Part shown: positions 1 through 11,050 of the stretch, in pieces
Position numbering within the stretch: the stretch's first letter is position 1
Layout of the letters: each line of letters starts with the position of its first letter
Assembly (NCBI RefSeq): GCF_963921235.1
Contig: NC_086108.1
Location: forward strand, 82,586,001 to 82,650,000
Reading direction: 5' to 3'
From: Mobula hypostoma
Taxonomy: Eukaryota
DNA: 64,000 nt
Program-made: the position numbers and the translations under genes
Notes under the pieces: model-generated
What the model saw: only the letters and a program-made list of their open reading frames with translations
Told to the model about the DNA's origin: nothing
The model's database searches: none

Positions 1-784
1 GATCCTTTCCTGAACTCAGACAAATGAATGGATAATAATTCCAACAAAGAGTTCAGTTTGACAGTAAAGTTTTCTTTTTGCAACACATGAATCAGTTTTA
101 GTAATTGTGACCATATCAACATTCTTTTTGTGAGACCAGTTGTGTGGACTCACACCCACTGGGAACTAAATTGACACTGCCTCACCTCATTTCACTATGG
201 ATCTCATCAGACATGGACAGCAAATATTTTACTCCAAAAATGCCTGGGCCATATTTGAAATAAAGACTGAAGAGGGAAGAAATAATGCCCTAACATTCTG
301 CATTACTTATTCTGTCATCTAATATTGAGGGCTTTATGTTCTCTGCCTTGGGATTCAATGTCCTATTCCAGACAAAAAAAAAGGGTAAATTTAAATATTA
401 GTTTGCTGGACTCTTCTGTGAACTGATGTTTGGAAATTGAGCCCCCAGAGTGGACGCAGTGGAGTTCCTAAAGTACAAATTTATTTTCCCTTCCAAGTTT
501 GGCTTTCAACTGTTGTAGTGCTCCTGAATTAAAGGGAACATAGTATTTTCTAGTGTCCTTTCCATTTTTTTTTAAACATCTTCAAAATGAACACAAATGA
601 AGAGGGTTTTTTTGGAACAATGGTGGTGATATATTTCCTTATGCAGATATATGTAATCATTTTTATTTCAAAAATTAAATATGTTAGAAAAAGTTAGAAG
701 ATCAACACAATTTTGGGGAGAGACTGGAGAGTCTCAATTTGTTTTCTTTGCGAAGGAAGCTGGTGAAGGGGTGGGGAGTACCCT

Positions 785-1135
785 GATTATAAAGGTTAAC
801 AAAATTATGAGGAGTATAGTAGTAGGAAATAGTTGGACATTTTCCGCCATTATGGAGGTGTCAAAAATTAGAGGCTATATGTTTAGGATAAGGGGAAGAG
901 ATTCAGAGATCTGAGGAAGAACATTTGCATCCAGAGGGTAGTTGGAATCAGTAGCACAACGCTTATGTGGTTGGAAACATATCTCACAACATTAAATTAG
1001 TAGCTACACAGGTTTTTGATTTGTCAAGGTGTAGAAGGCTATTGGCCCATTGCCAGTGATGGGATTAGTATAGGTACCTCCTTTATAGTCAGCAGGGCCG
1101 ATAGGCTGTGCTAAATGACCTCAAGGCTCTATGAC
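785..1135 (+). mobile_element. Degenerate CR1 LINE 3' end
   Basis: Resembles the CR1 C-terminal TRGH..K/RNFF..RVV..WN region and 3'UTR of the better-preserved copies in this window. Confidence 0.65.
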
Positions 1136-1490
1136 AACTTGCAGAACAATGGAGTTTGTCTGGGGTTACGGAGGCATTTATACCTCAGTAAATATCATTA
1201 AATTACATTGGCTCCAAATATGGTGGCAATTGTCCTTAAAAAATAGAGTGAAGACTGAAATATAATATGTTATTGTGTGAATTTCCAAAATCAGACTGTA
1301 TGGTAAAGGAAGATATAAGAATCTCCTCTCATTTTGCCAATAACTGAGCCAGGGTTTTGAAGAGCCTATCATGCTGCCCAAACAATCCAGCAATGTTGCC
1401 TTGAATAAGTGACAATGGAGAAGCCCCACTGATAGCCTGATGTTTGGCAAAATAGTGCTGAATGATAATTCTGAATAATAATTAAATAAT

Positions 1491-1863
1491 TGCAGGTGGC
1501 GGGGTGAAGATATATCTCTACAAAAGGAGGTGTAAGGCTCTCTTTCCTTCTGCTAGCTTACAGGTTACCTTTGGGCTTAGCACCACCCCTCCACTGATCA
1601 GAGACACATGAAGCCATGGGAGCAGGTGGTGGATGGTCATATGAGCACTGGTGCATACGACAAAACCTGGTTATGCGATCACTGATGTCAAGTAGACAGT
1701 CGGCGAAGAGTATTGATAATGGCTGGGGTCACCCATCTTGTAAAGATAATGCCCAGAAGAAGGCCATGATAGACAACTTTGTAGAACAATTTGCCAAGAT
1801 CAATCATGGTCTAAAGACCATGATCATCCATGTCATATGACTCAGCACATAAAGACGATAATG
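1491..1863 (+). mobile_element. Non-autonomous RTE-derived short retroposon
   Basis: 11-bp target-site duplication aattaaataat (1480-1490, 1864-1874). (gat/aat)-like tail. Homologous copy at ~62780-63122 on the minus strand. Confidence 0.75.
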
Positions 1864-2789
1864 AATTAAATAATGAAATCAGCATTGCTTTGAAATGTAG
1901 GAAAGCAAATGCAATTAAAATCACTAAAATTAAAGTTATTTTTTAAAAATGACCGAAATGATTTTGGACAGATGAAAAGTCGCTATTAGATTTGTGCTTG
2001 AATTGTGCTTCAAAATAAGACAAGCTTGTCTCTCAAAGCAGTATCATATGCACTTATGTATGTGTATGTGTGAAGGCTCCAGTTACAAATCCGTGTGAAC
2101 ACAATTATCATACTTTTTTGAGGAAAATTGTTCAAGATAGATAATGGACAAGATGTTGCTGGATCCAGCCCATGGCCCAGTGTTACCCACGTTTCATTTA
2201 ATCTTTCTGGGTCTCCTCACCACTGAGTATAACAGGGTAGTCTCAGCAATAACTTGGCCTCAGTCAGTGTGGTGTAACGGCCTCATCCCCAGAGCACCAT
2301 AACTGCTAAACCCAGAAAGAAGACTGATTTACGTTAGAGCTTTGACTTCTGTCAAATTCTAAGTGAATTCATAGACAATTAAAATTTGTTAAAATTGAAG
2401 CAATTATTTTAAAAACAATTCTTAAAAGGTCTTGAAAAATATAAGCAAATTAAAAACACACAGAGCACAGACTTAATGCATTTAGGCTCACTGTAATCTT
2501 TTAATCTCACCCTATGGGGTTTCTGATCCTACACCAGCTGTGACCAGGCATAGGAATGTAGATGTAACCCCCAGTGTAACGCTGTGGAATGGTGGAGCAT
2601 AGGGACAAGTTTGGCACATGTGCATTTTGGTAAGACGCTGATTTCAGTGCTGAGAGTCACGTGTGTAAAGTTTAGGACTTACTGAAGCTTCTGCACCTGA
2701 ATTACTGCAGCTTTGATTGGAACTGCTGACTCCAGCCTACATGATCTGCTATTTAGAGCATTCTCAGAATTGAGTGTTCCGCTGCTTTT

Positions 2790-3047
2790 AGGTCATTGTT
2801 CTTGTTCCTTTCCACGCCTTTTGGTGCGTCGGGCAGCAGCCTTGCCTTTTCTGTAGCATTTTTGTCTGCCTTTATACGAGGCCGAGTCGCTAGCTCGACA
2901 CTCAACCCTCGACCCAGCACGGATGGAAAGCGTTCAAAGAGCCAGCCGGATTCAAACCCGGGATGGCCTGTCTTGAAGCCCACCTCTGTACGGCAGCTTT
3001 TACGTCATGCCTGCGGGCATGAACACAGCATGGTGGCTAACTGACCC
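2790..3047 (-). mobile_element. Probable tRNA-derived SINE
   Basis: Minus strand shows a B-box-like GGGTTTGAATCC, a CpG-rich body and an A-rich (aac/aag) tail. Confidence 0.5.
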
Positions 3048-3694
3048 TATTGTACTGTTTTCATATTGATATATAGAACAATACAGCAGAGTTTGGGCCC
3101 TTCGTCCCATGTTATATAACTGGATGAACCTTGTAATGCAACCATAATCGAGTATAATGCCACTGGTATGTTAATAACTAGTATTATACACCACGCAATT
3201 ATTGCTCTATTGCTGGCACGATGATAGTGAGATGGAACATATTTGGAATACAAACAAATTAAATAGATTTTACTATTTTGTATATTTTCTTTAAAATAGT
3301 TTAGGTTTGCACATTTCAATAATTGCACTTTTCTGACACAATTTCTGATGATACGAGTACATTATCAAATGTACATTGTGAATGAGAATGTTACATTTGA
3401 ATGTCATTAAGCACAACATCAAAGGCAGGAGTTTTCCCAAAAGTTTCTATTATATTGTGTAGAACTGGTTTGTAAAAATGATTGTTTTTCACTCTCTTTG
3501 AGAATTTCCCATTCAGCTCCGTATATTTCAAGAAGTTAGAAAGAACTTTTAAATATTTCACACAATGGAAATAATTCAGAAAATGCATAGCTTGGGTGGT
3601 TGATGGCCAAGATCAGAGAACAACTCAACCCAACCATTTCACATAATGTTATAGAAGTGTTGAATTAATTTTCTTTTTTTAAAATTCTAGGCTG

Positions 3695-3943
3695 TTTTAT
3701 TTATTTTGACTTAGAGATACAGCACGGTAACAGGTCCTTCCAGCCTAAAGTTGCTCAATAATGTCCGCATGACCAATTAACCTCCTAACCTGTACGTCTT
3801 TGGAGTGTGGGAGGAAACCACCCAAAGGAAATCCATTCAATCACAAGGAGAAGCTATAAATTCCTTACAGATGGCAGCAGGAATGGAACCCGGGTCACTG
3901 GCACTGTAATGGTGTTATGCTAACCATCAGACTACCCTGCCAT
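3695..3943 (-). mobile_element. V-SINE (HE1-like)
   Basis: tRNA head (gggttccattcc B-box), V-domain-like gtttcctcccacactccaaagacgtac and (taaa)n tail. Similar copies at 21250, 31110, 34070 and 54180. Confidence 0.75.
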
Positions 3944-4974
3944 TTTATGGATAGAATGATTCCATTTTAGTTACCATATGACTACAAGTGGTATATCCAT
4001 AAATACACATGTTAAGATGTCTAGTTATTGCTATTTTTCATTCTCACTGTGAGAAAAAAAATGTGAGTATGTAATAAATTTATTTATCAAAACGTTTCAA
4101 GAATTGCATGGAAAGCATCCTTATGTAAAGTGACTACTGTTCCTGAAGATTAGCAAATAGTGAGGAAGCAATGGGGCTATCAGTGTCATCATTATGCAAA
4201 CATTATGAATGTTACGTTTGAAGGGTCAAATGGTCTACCTCTGCTCCTATTTCTTACGCACTTAAATTCATAACACTCTCAAACACAATAGAGTGAACTC
4301 TTTCCCAAATTAAGTGGATGGATCAGAAGCTTCAACGAACCATTAGGAGGAAAAAATATACAAGAAATCCATATTTCATTCGGACAAAACCTAATTTGAT
4401 TTTAACAAGCAAGCAGCAATATATGGCTTGGGTACCACTTTCAGGTGATCATCTGATCCGTAATAAAACCATAAGACATAGAAGCAGAATCTGTCCATTC
4501 GGTCTCATGGATTTGCTCTGCCATTCCATCAAGCTGATTTATTAGCCCTCTCAACCCCATTCTCCAGCCTTCTCCCTGCAATCTTTGGAGCCCTGACTAA
4601 TAACACATTCGAAAAAGTAGTGGGAGAGGGCTTTGTCATAAAATCTAACTTCTAGTTATTGGGAACAGAAAGTGATTCTGGTGCTTGTGCCACTGAGAAG
4701 TTAATTGATGTGACTGGTCTTGAATGTGGATGGCAAAGCCCAAAGAGGTTGCCTTTTCAAAGGTCTGTTAATAGTCTCCTGTGTGATCCTCAGTACAGTT
4801 TAACAAATTACAATTAATGTAAGAATTCTACCTATGTTGTAACCAATCACTGATTATTTTATGAATATCAGTACTATCTGGAAGTTTTTTTTAATATTGT
4901 GGGCATACTGTATTGGCACCAGAATATGCGGTGACCACTTTTGGGCTGCCCCTAGCATATCCTAAGCATGTGAC

Positions 4975-5935
4975 GCCTAATCTCGAGTATTGTGTGCAGT
5001 TTTGGTTACCTACCTACAGGAAATATGGTTGAAAGAGTACAGAGAAAATTTACAATGATGTTGCGGGGTGTGGAGGACCCGAGTTACACGTATATGGAAA
5101 GACGAAATAGGTTAGGGCTTTGTTCCTTGGAACATAGACGATTGATAGATCTAATAGAACTATGCAAAATTTCGGGCAGGTGGGGCAAGTCAGCCTTAGA
5201 CGGCAGCCCGCCTAGGAGAAGGAAAACTCTGATTTTAAACTCCCGCTGCCTTGCAGCCATACCCACCCATAGGAAAGGCTTCAGGAGTAAACCCTGAGGA
5301 AGAAATCTGGAGCCAGCGTCCCTAAGGCAGCTTGACGTTGTTTACAACTTCACTCTGGCAACCTCTGCGATGACACTGGTGCCGAGCTGTATCGGTGCTT
5401 GTCCTTCCCTCGGACTACATGAGTGGCATGGAGAGGGGGAGCTCGCTGCATGGGCAGCGGCTGGTTCTTCAAATCTTCCCGCCCATGCTTGCGCCCTGGA
5501 GAGGACACAGTCCACCAGAGGCACAAACCCATGATCCCCTGGGATCGACGGCTGCCTACTACTATACAAAATTATGAGGGGTATAGATAGGGTAAATGGA
5601 AGTAGGCTTTTCCAGCTGAGTTTGGGTGGCACTACAATGAGAGATCATGGGTTAAGGGTGAAAGGTAATAAGTTTAAGGGGAACATTATGGGAAACTTTT
5701 TCACTTAGGCAGTCATCATGAGGGGAAACTTCTTCATTCAGAGGGTCGTGGAGTGTGGAGAGCAAGAAGTACATGTGAGCTGGATCTCAACACTTTAGAG
5801 ACGTTGGGATAGGTACATGGGTGGTAGGAGTATTGAGGGCTGCGGTCCCAGTGCAGGTCGATGGGAGGAGGCAGGTTAAATGGCTCGGCACTGACTAGGT
5901 GTGCCGAAGGCCCTGTTTCTGTGCTGTACTGTACT
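4975..5935 (+). mobile_element. CR1 LINE 3' fragment, interrupted by an insertion at 5172-5560
   Basis: Encodes LEYCVQF.. / ERVQRKFT.ML..LGL.SLEHRRL, followed by the CR1 3'UTR (gaaggccctgtttctgtgctgtac). Confidence 0.8.
5172..5560 (+). mobile_element. Non-autonomous RTE-derived (bipartite) retroposon nested in CR1
   Basis: 13-bp TSD actat(g/a)caaaatt (5159-5171, 5561-5573), (cta)n tail, and RTE 5'UTR-like motif ctaggagaaggaaaactctga. Confidence 0.75.
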
Positions 5936-6074
5936 GAGACTCTGTGTTGGTTGTTAATGCAAACAACAGAGTTCACTGGATGTTTCCACGTACATGTGAA
6001 AAATGAATTTAATATGCTTGGATGTGGACATCCTTGGCGGTGCCAACATTTATTATACAACTCCAGTTACTCGG

Positions 6075-7520
6075 GTGGGTCTGGTGGGTACTCAGGATGT
6101 GCACAGCACAACTGGCTGGCGTGTTTACTGATATTTTTCATCTTTCCCTCTCCCAGTGTAGAGTGCCCTCCTGCTTCAAATTGTCCACCATTGTCCCTGT
6201 AGCTAAAAAGACCAAGGTAACATGCCCGAACAACTGGTGTCCTGTCACACTCACCTCAATAATAAGCAAATGCTTTGAGAGGCTGGTCAAGGACTACATC
6301 TGCAGCATGCTACCACCCACACTGGCCCCCTACAATTCACCTACCGACACAAGTGATCAACAGACGACGCAATAGCCACTGCTCTACATACTGTCCTTAC
6401 ACACCTGGAAAAGAACGATGCTTATGTGAGAATGCTGTTCTTGGACTACAGTTCAGCATTCAACACCATAGTTCCATCCAGGCTCGACAAGAAGCTCAGA
6501 GACCTTGGCCTTGACCCTGCCTTGTGTAGCTGGATCCTGGACTTCCTGTCAGATCGCCAGCAGGGGGTAAGATTGGGTTCCCTCACCTCCAACCCTCTGA
6601 CTCTCAATACAGGAGTCCCTCAGGGCTGTGTACTCAGTCCCCTCCTTTACTCTCTGTATACCCATGACTGTATCACCACCCACAGCTCTAATCTGCTAAT
6701 TAAATTTGCCGACAACACTACATTGATTGGCCTTATCTCAAACAATAATGAGGTGACCTACAGAGAAGAAGTCATCTCTCTGACACAGTGGTGTCAAGAA
6801 AACAACCTCTCCCTCAATCTCGCAAAAACAAAGGAGCTGGTTATGGGCTACAGGAGGAATGGAGACAGGCTACCTCCTATTGACATCAATGGATCTGTGG
6901 TTGAGAGGATAAACAGCTTCAAGTTCCTCGGCATCTACATCCCCAAGGACCTCGGGGTCTGTACACACCAGATGTGTGGTGAAAAAGGCATAACAGTGCC
7001 TCTTTCACCTCAGACGGTTGAGGAAGTTTGGTATGGGACCCCAAATCCTAAGAACTTTCTACAGGGGCACAATTGAGAGCATCCTGACTGGCTGCATCAC
7101 TGCCTGGTATGGGAACGGTACCTCCTTTAACTGCAGCACTCTGCAGAGAGTGGTGTGGACAGCCCAGCGCATCCGTAGCTGTGAACTTCCCATCATTCAG
7201 GACATTTACAATGACAGGTGTGTAAAAAGGGTCAGTAGGATCATTGGGGACCCACGTTATCCAAACCACAATCTATTTCAGCTGCTACCATCCTGGACAT
7301 AAAAGTAGCATAAAAGCCAGGACCAACAGGCTCCAGGACAGCTTCTTCCACCAGCCCATCAGACTGATGAACTCACAGTGATTTGAGTGTACTCTGTATT
7401 ACATTGACTGTTCTATTTATTATAAATTAGTATGATTGCACATGGCATATTTAGATGGAGACGTAACATAAAAATTTTTACTCCTCATGTATGCGAAGGA
7501 TGTAAGAAGTAAAGTCAATT
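6075..7520 (+). mobile_element. Rex1/Babar-like LINE, 5'-truncated, frameshifted reverse transcriptase
   Basis: ORFs 6022-6375, 6426-7076 and 7018-7302 give [55 protein letters not shown] and [19 protein letters not shown]; (caatt)n tail. Confidence 0.88.
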
Positions 7521-7849
7521 CAATGACATATAAGGTAAAATGAGTAGGCTGGTGGATTCCCTTCCCGAAATATCAACAATGAACAAGATAGATTTTTAAG
7601 GTAATCCAGTAATTTCACAATTGCAATTACTGAGATTATTTCTATATATTTCTTTATTTTTTATTATTCTACTTTAAGTTAATTTCCCTGCTCCCATGAG
7701 AGGATTTAAGTTAATAGTTTCTGATTGCTACTCCAGTACGTAACCACAATGCTACAGTATAGTAATAATAGTTTGAAACTATCTAAATTTAGGCTCCTTT
7801 AAACAAAACAGATATTCCAAAATCCAGAGCATGAAGCACCATATTATGA

Positions 7850-8282
7850 GAAACTATCAGGGCTTTAGACATCTGGAGAGATGGGTAGGCCAAGTCTGTA
7901 CTCTGAGTGACGGACGCTCCGAAGTTACATGATAGAGGTAAATACAATTGTGAGTTAACATACAAAGTGTAGATAGTGTTTATTTCTAATGGTAGGAGCG
8001 GCTGAAACTAGAGAGAATAGTTTTAAGGCAAGAGGGAAGAGGATTAAAAGGGATCGGAGGGATAGATTTTTCACACAGGGAGCAGCCTGGAATGATTTGC
8101 CAGAGGGGGTGGTGGAAGGAGGAACACTGAAGAGGCATCTGGACACGGACTTTAATGGCGAGCCTATAAAGGATATAGAACTAAGACAGGCAGGTGGGAC
8201 TGATAATAGTTAGGCATATTGGCCTGCATAGATGCAATGGTATGAAAGACCTGTTTCCGTGCTGTATGACGCTATGACTCAT
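7850..8282 (+). mobile_element. Degenerate CR1 3' end
   Basis: ETRENSFKARG..RDRFFTQ..AWNDLPEGVVE peptide followed by the CR1 3'UTR. Confidence 0.75.
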
Positions 8283-8896
8283 ACCTAAAGCCAGGGGAAA
8301 ATCACAAAACCTATACAAGTATTTTGCCCAGTTCCTGTTGTGTCATATACTACTATATAGGCACAGGCAACACCGCATTAAGAGAATTGATTACTGAAAT
8401 TATGAGAAAAGGAAGTAGATTATTCAATAATTGGAAACTGTATCCAATAATTGCAACACACGAACTTCCTTGATCTCTAGCAGGGTAAGGTTGTTACACA
8501 GGACCAGTTCTTCATAGAACCATTAGCCCTTTTCATTTTAGTTGAAGGAAAGTTTCCTTCTGGAAGCATAGCATCTCGGATATGAAATGTAGATTGGAAC
8601 ACAGAGCTCTCGTGATTCTTAAATGCAGAAACTTGCAGTGTGATTTCATTGCAAGTGAACATTCTGTACATAGGTAAGGTCAGCCTCTGATCGGCAGTTC
8701 CGAAAAGAATAAAAGGAAAACTGAGAGACACCATAAGGTACAGACACCTTGCTTTATATACATCCAGAATTAAGTGGCTATTCAGATAAATACAGTTTCC
8801 CCCATTAAAAATCATTAAAATAAACATTTATAGTGCCTACGGTAAAACATGTCCACAAAATTTCTCAACATTTGAGTATTTTTTTTACATTCTGTG

Positions 8897-8898
<2 letters not shown>

Positions 8899-8926
<28 letters not shown>
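8899..8926. repeat. (TG)14 microsatellite
   Basis: Directly visible. Confidence 0.95.
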
Positions 8927-8933
<7 letters not shown>

Positions 8934-10568
8934 TTACATAACAAGCAAATGCACAAATGGTCTTGTAGACCTTACTATGATGACTGAGGCGTTCACAGAC
9001 ATCACCTCTGGAAACATGAGCCTATGGACAAACATTTGCCAATGAACTGCTGGAGTTCAGCCCTTGACTGCATTATTTATACATTACATACACAAAACCA
9101 GAATTGTCCTTTTTGTAAAATATATTTTAAGTGACCTTCACAAAGTGCAGGTTATCTAAGTAGCTGCAAAAGCTCTTTATAATGAAACATTTTACAAGGC
9201 CACGTAGCACAATACAATTAATGGAATTCACTCACTTTTATTTTTTATTTAAATAGTTGCTTTGCACTTTCCCTTTTTGTAAGAGGCAAGCTTCTCAGTG
9301 GCAATACATACTACAGTTCATTTACTAACTTAGTTATTTACAAAAATCAAACAATCCACAATTAGTGTTTTGAAAAGTACCCAGAGTCATTGGCATTTAT
9401 AAATTTCAGCATGATAGCCCAATTGAAATTTATTAATGATATTATCAATATTATTTTTTTCATTCTTACCTTCTGATGCATTGGCAAGAAAAATATTGTG
9501 GAAGTTTCTGGTTTTTAAACATTAATACTGAACTATTCCTGCTGTTCTAGAGACTCTAATTCAGTACACCATTATAGCCCCTCATTAAAAAAATGTCTAG
9601 GTCTTGCTAGGTTCAATTCCTATTTTGTTATAAACAATATTAACTTTAACAGCAATAGATCGGTTGTGAAGTGCTTTGGAGTATTCAAAAAATGTGAAAG
9701 GCGCTGTGTTATGCAAGTGTTTTTTTTTAAAGACAAGTTATAATCAAATATGCCCTTCTGTTGTCTGCAGATGAAATGAAGTTAATTGTCTTTTTCACAT
9801 TTAAATTTAAAACAAAATTCAGGAGGTAAACAGATGGTGCCCTAAACTTCTATTGCCCAAGCTTTTATTCAATTTTAGACTCATTGATATATTTAGTTTT
9901 GCTGATATAGGTACTGGTGTGTCTAGGAGCTGGATTAGTATTAAGAATGTTGTCAAAGTCTAATGAATATTTAGCAGTGTATGAAGTAGGCACATGCAAT
10001 CAAAACTGCTTCATTTCTGCAGAAACAAGCATCTACACTAAAATCAACACAGAAGCAGAAATTGCTTAAATTATTTGAAAATGCTGATGTTTTAAATTTA
10101 ATAATTATCTTGGACCTGTATGCTTTTTAAGCACTGAACTGATAATTACTTTTATCAAGACCCCCAAACAATAGTTCTACAAAACCACATATTGTCTTGA
10201 GGTGTTCAGTGTCGATTGGTAATTCTAATGGCTGAGCCATCACTCATCAGTTTTCATATCTCCTTGATGTTAGTGCTTTGAAGTAAGGAACAATTTCTTC
10301 CATCACGTTCATCTTTTTGGATTAAATCCTTTGGCTGTTATTCTAGCAATTTCTTTTCTTTCACAGATAAATCAGAAGGTATTTGAAAATATCATTATTT
10401 AACCACAGCTAGGTGAACAGTTTTATTTATCTAGCTTCCAGGATGCAAGTTGGACTGCCTCTTAAGTGTACCAAATGGAAAATTGTTGACATTGGAATCT
10501 TATTAAATATATCCTTCTGACATGAAGAAATTGCTTGTGATTACCTTTCAAAGATTTCAAAGTATGAT

Positions 10569-10790
10569 AACACACAAAAGTACTGAAGGAACTCAGCAGG
10601 TCAGGCAGCATCTATAGAGAGGAATAAACAGTCGATCTATTGGGCCAAGACCTTCATCCTGATGAAGTGTCTCGGCTCAAAATGTTGACTGTTTACTCCT
10701 CTCTATAGGCGCTGCCTGACCTACTGAGTTCCTCCAGCATCTTGTGTTTGTTCCTCTGGATTTCTAGCATCTGCAGAATCTCTTGTGTTA
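10569..10790. mobile_element. Palindromic Penelope-like terminal repeat (inverted pLTR pair)
   Basis: Arms of ~90 bp are inverted about cttcatc-ct-gatgaag (~10659). The same sequence caps the GIY-YIG-bearing elements at 46340-46450 and 49750-49880. Confidence 0.75.
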
Positions 10791-11024
10791 AAGGTGTGAT
10801 AATGGTTTAGGTGTATAAATACATGCTCTTGTTTTATCATATATAGTGTAGTGAGGAATGTATATATTTCTATCTCTGTGTTTCTTACCATTTCTTGTGC
10901 AAAGTGAAAAAGTCCACCGTGTTATCAAATTAATTGCGTACATAAATTGTACATGGCTAAATTAGTATCAGGACCTAAAATACCTTCAAAGTGGATTAAT
11001 AGTTTACTATGCCTCAACAGCAAG

Positions 11025-11050
11025 GTGTGTGTGTGTGTGTGTGGGGGGGG
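11025..11050. repeat. (GT)9 plus G-run microsatellite
   Basis: Directly visible. Confidence 0.9.

Noticed and set aside
3047..3328. 93-aa ORF with a hydrophobic stretch
   Set aside because: No recognisable homology; AT-rich, possibly a decayed repeat.
8477..8827. 116-aa minus-strand ORF
   Set aside because: No recognisable domain or consistent splice structure.
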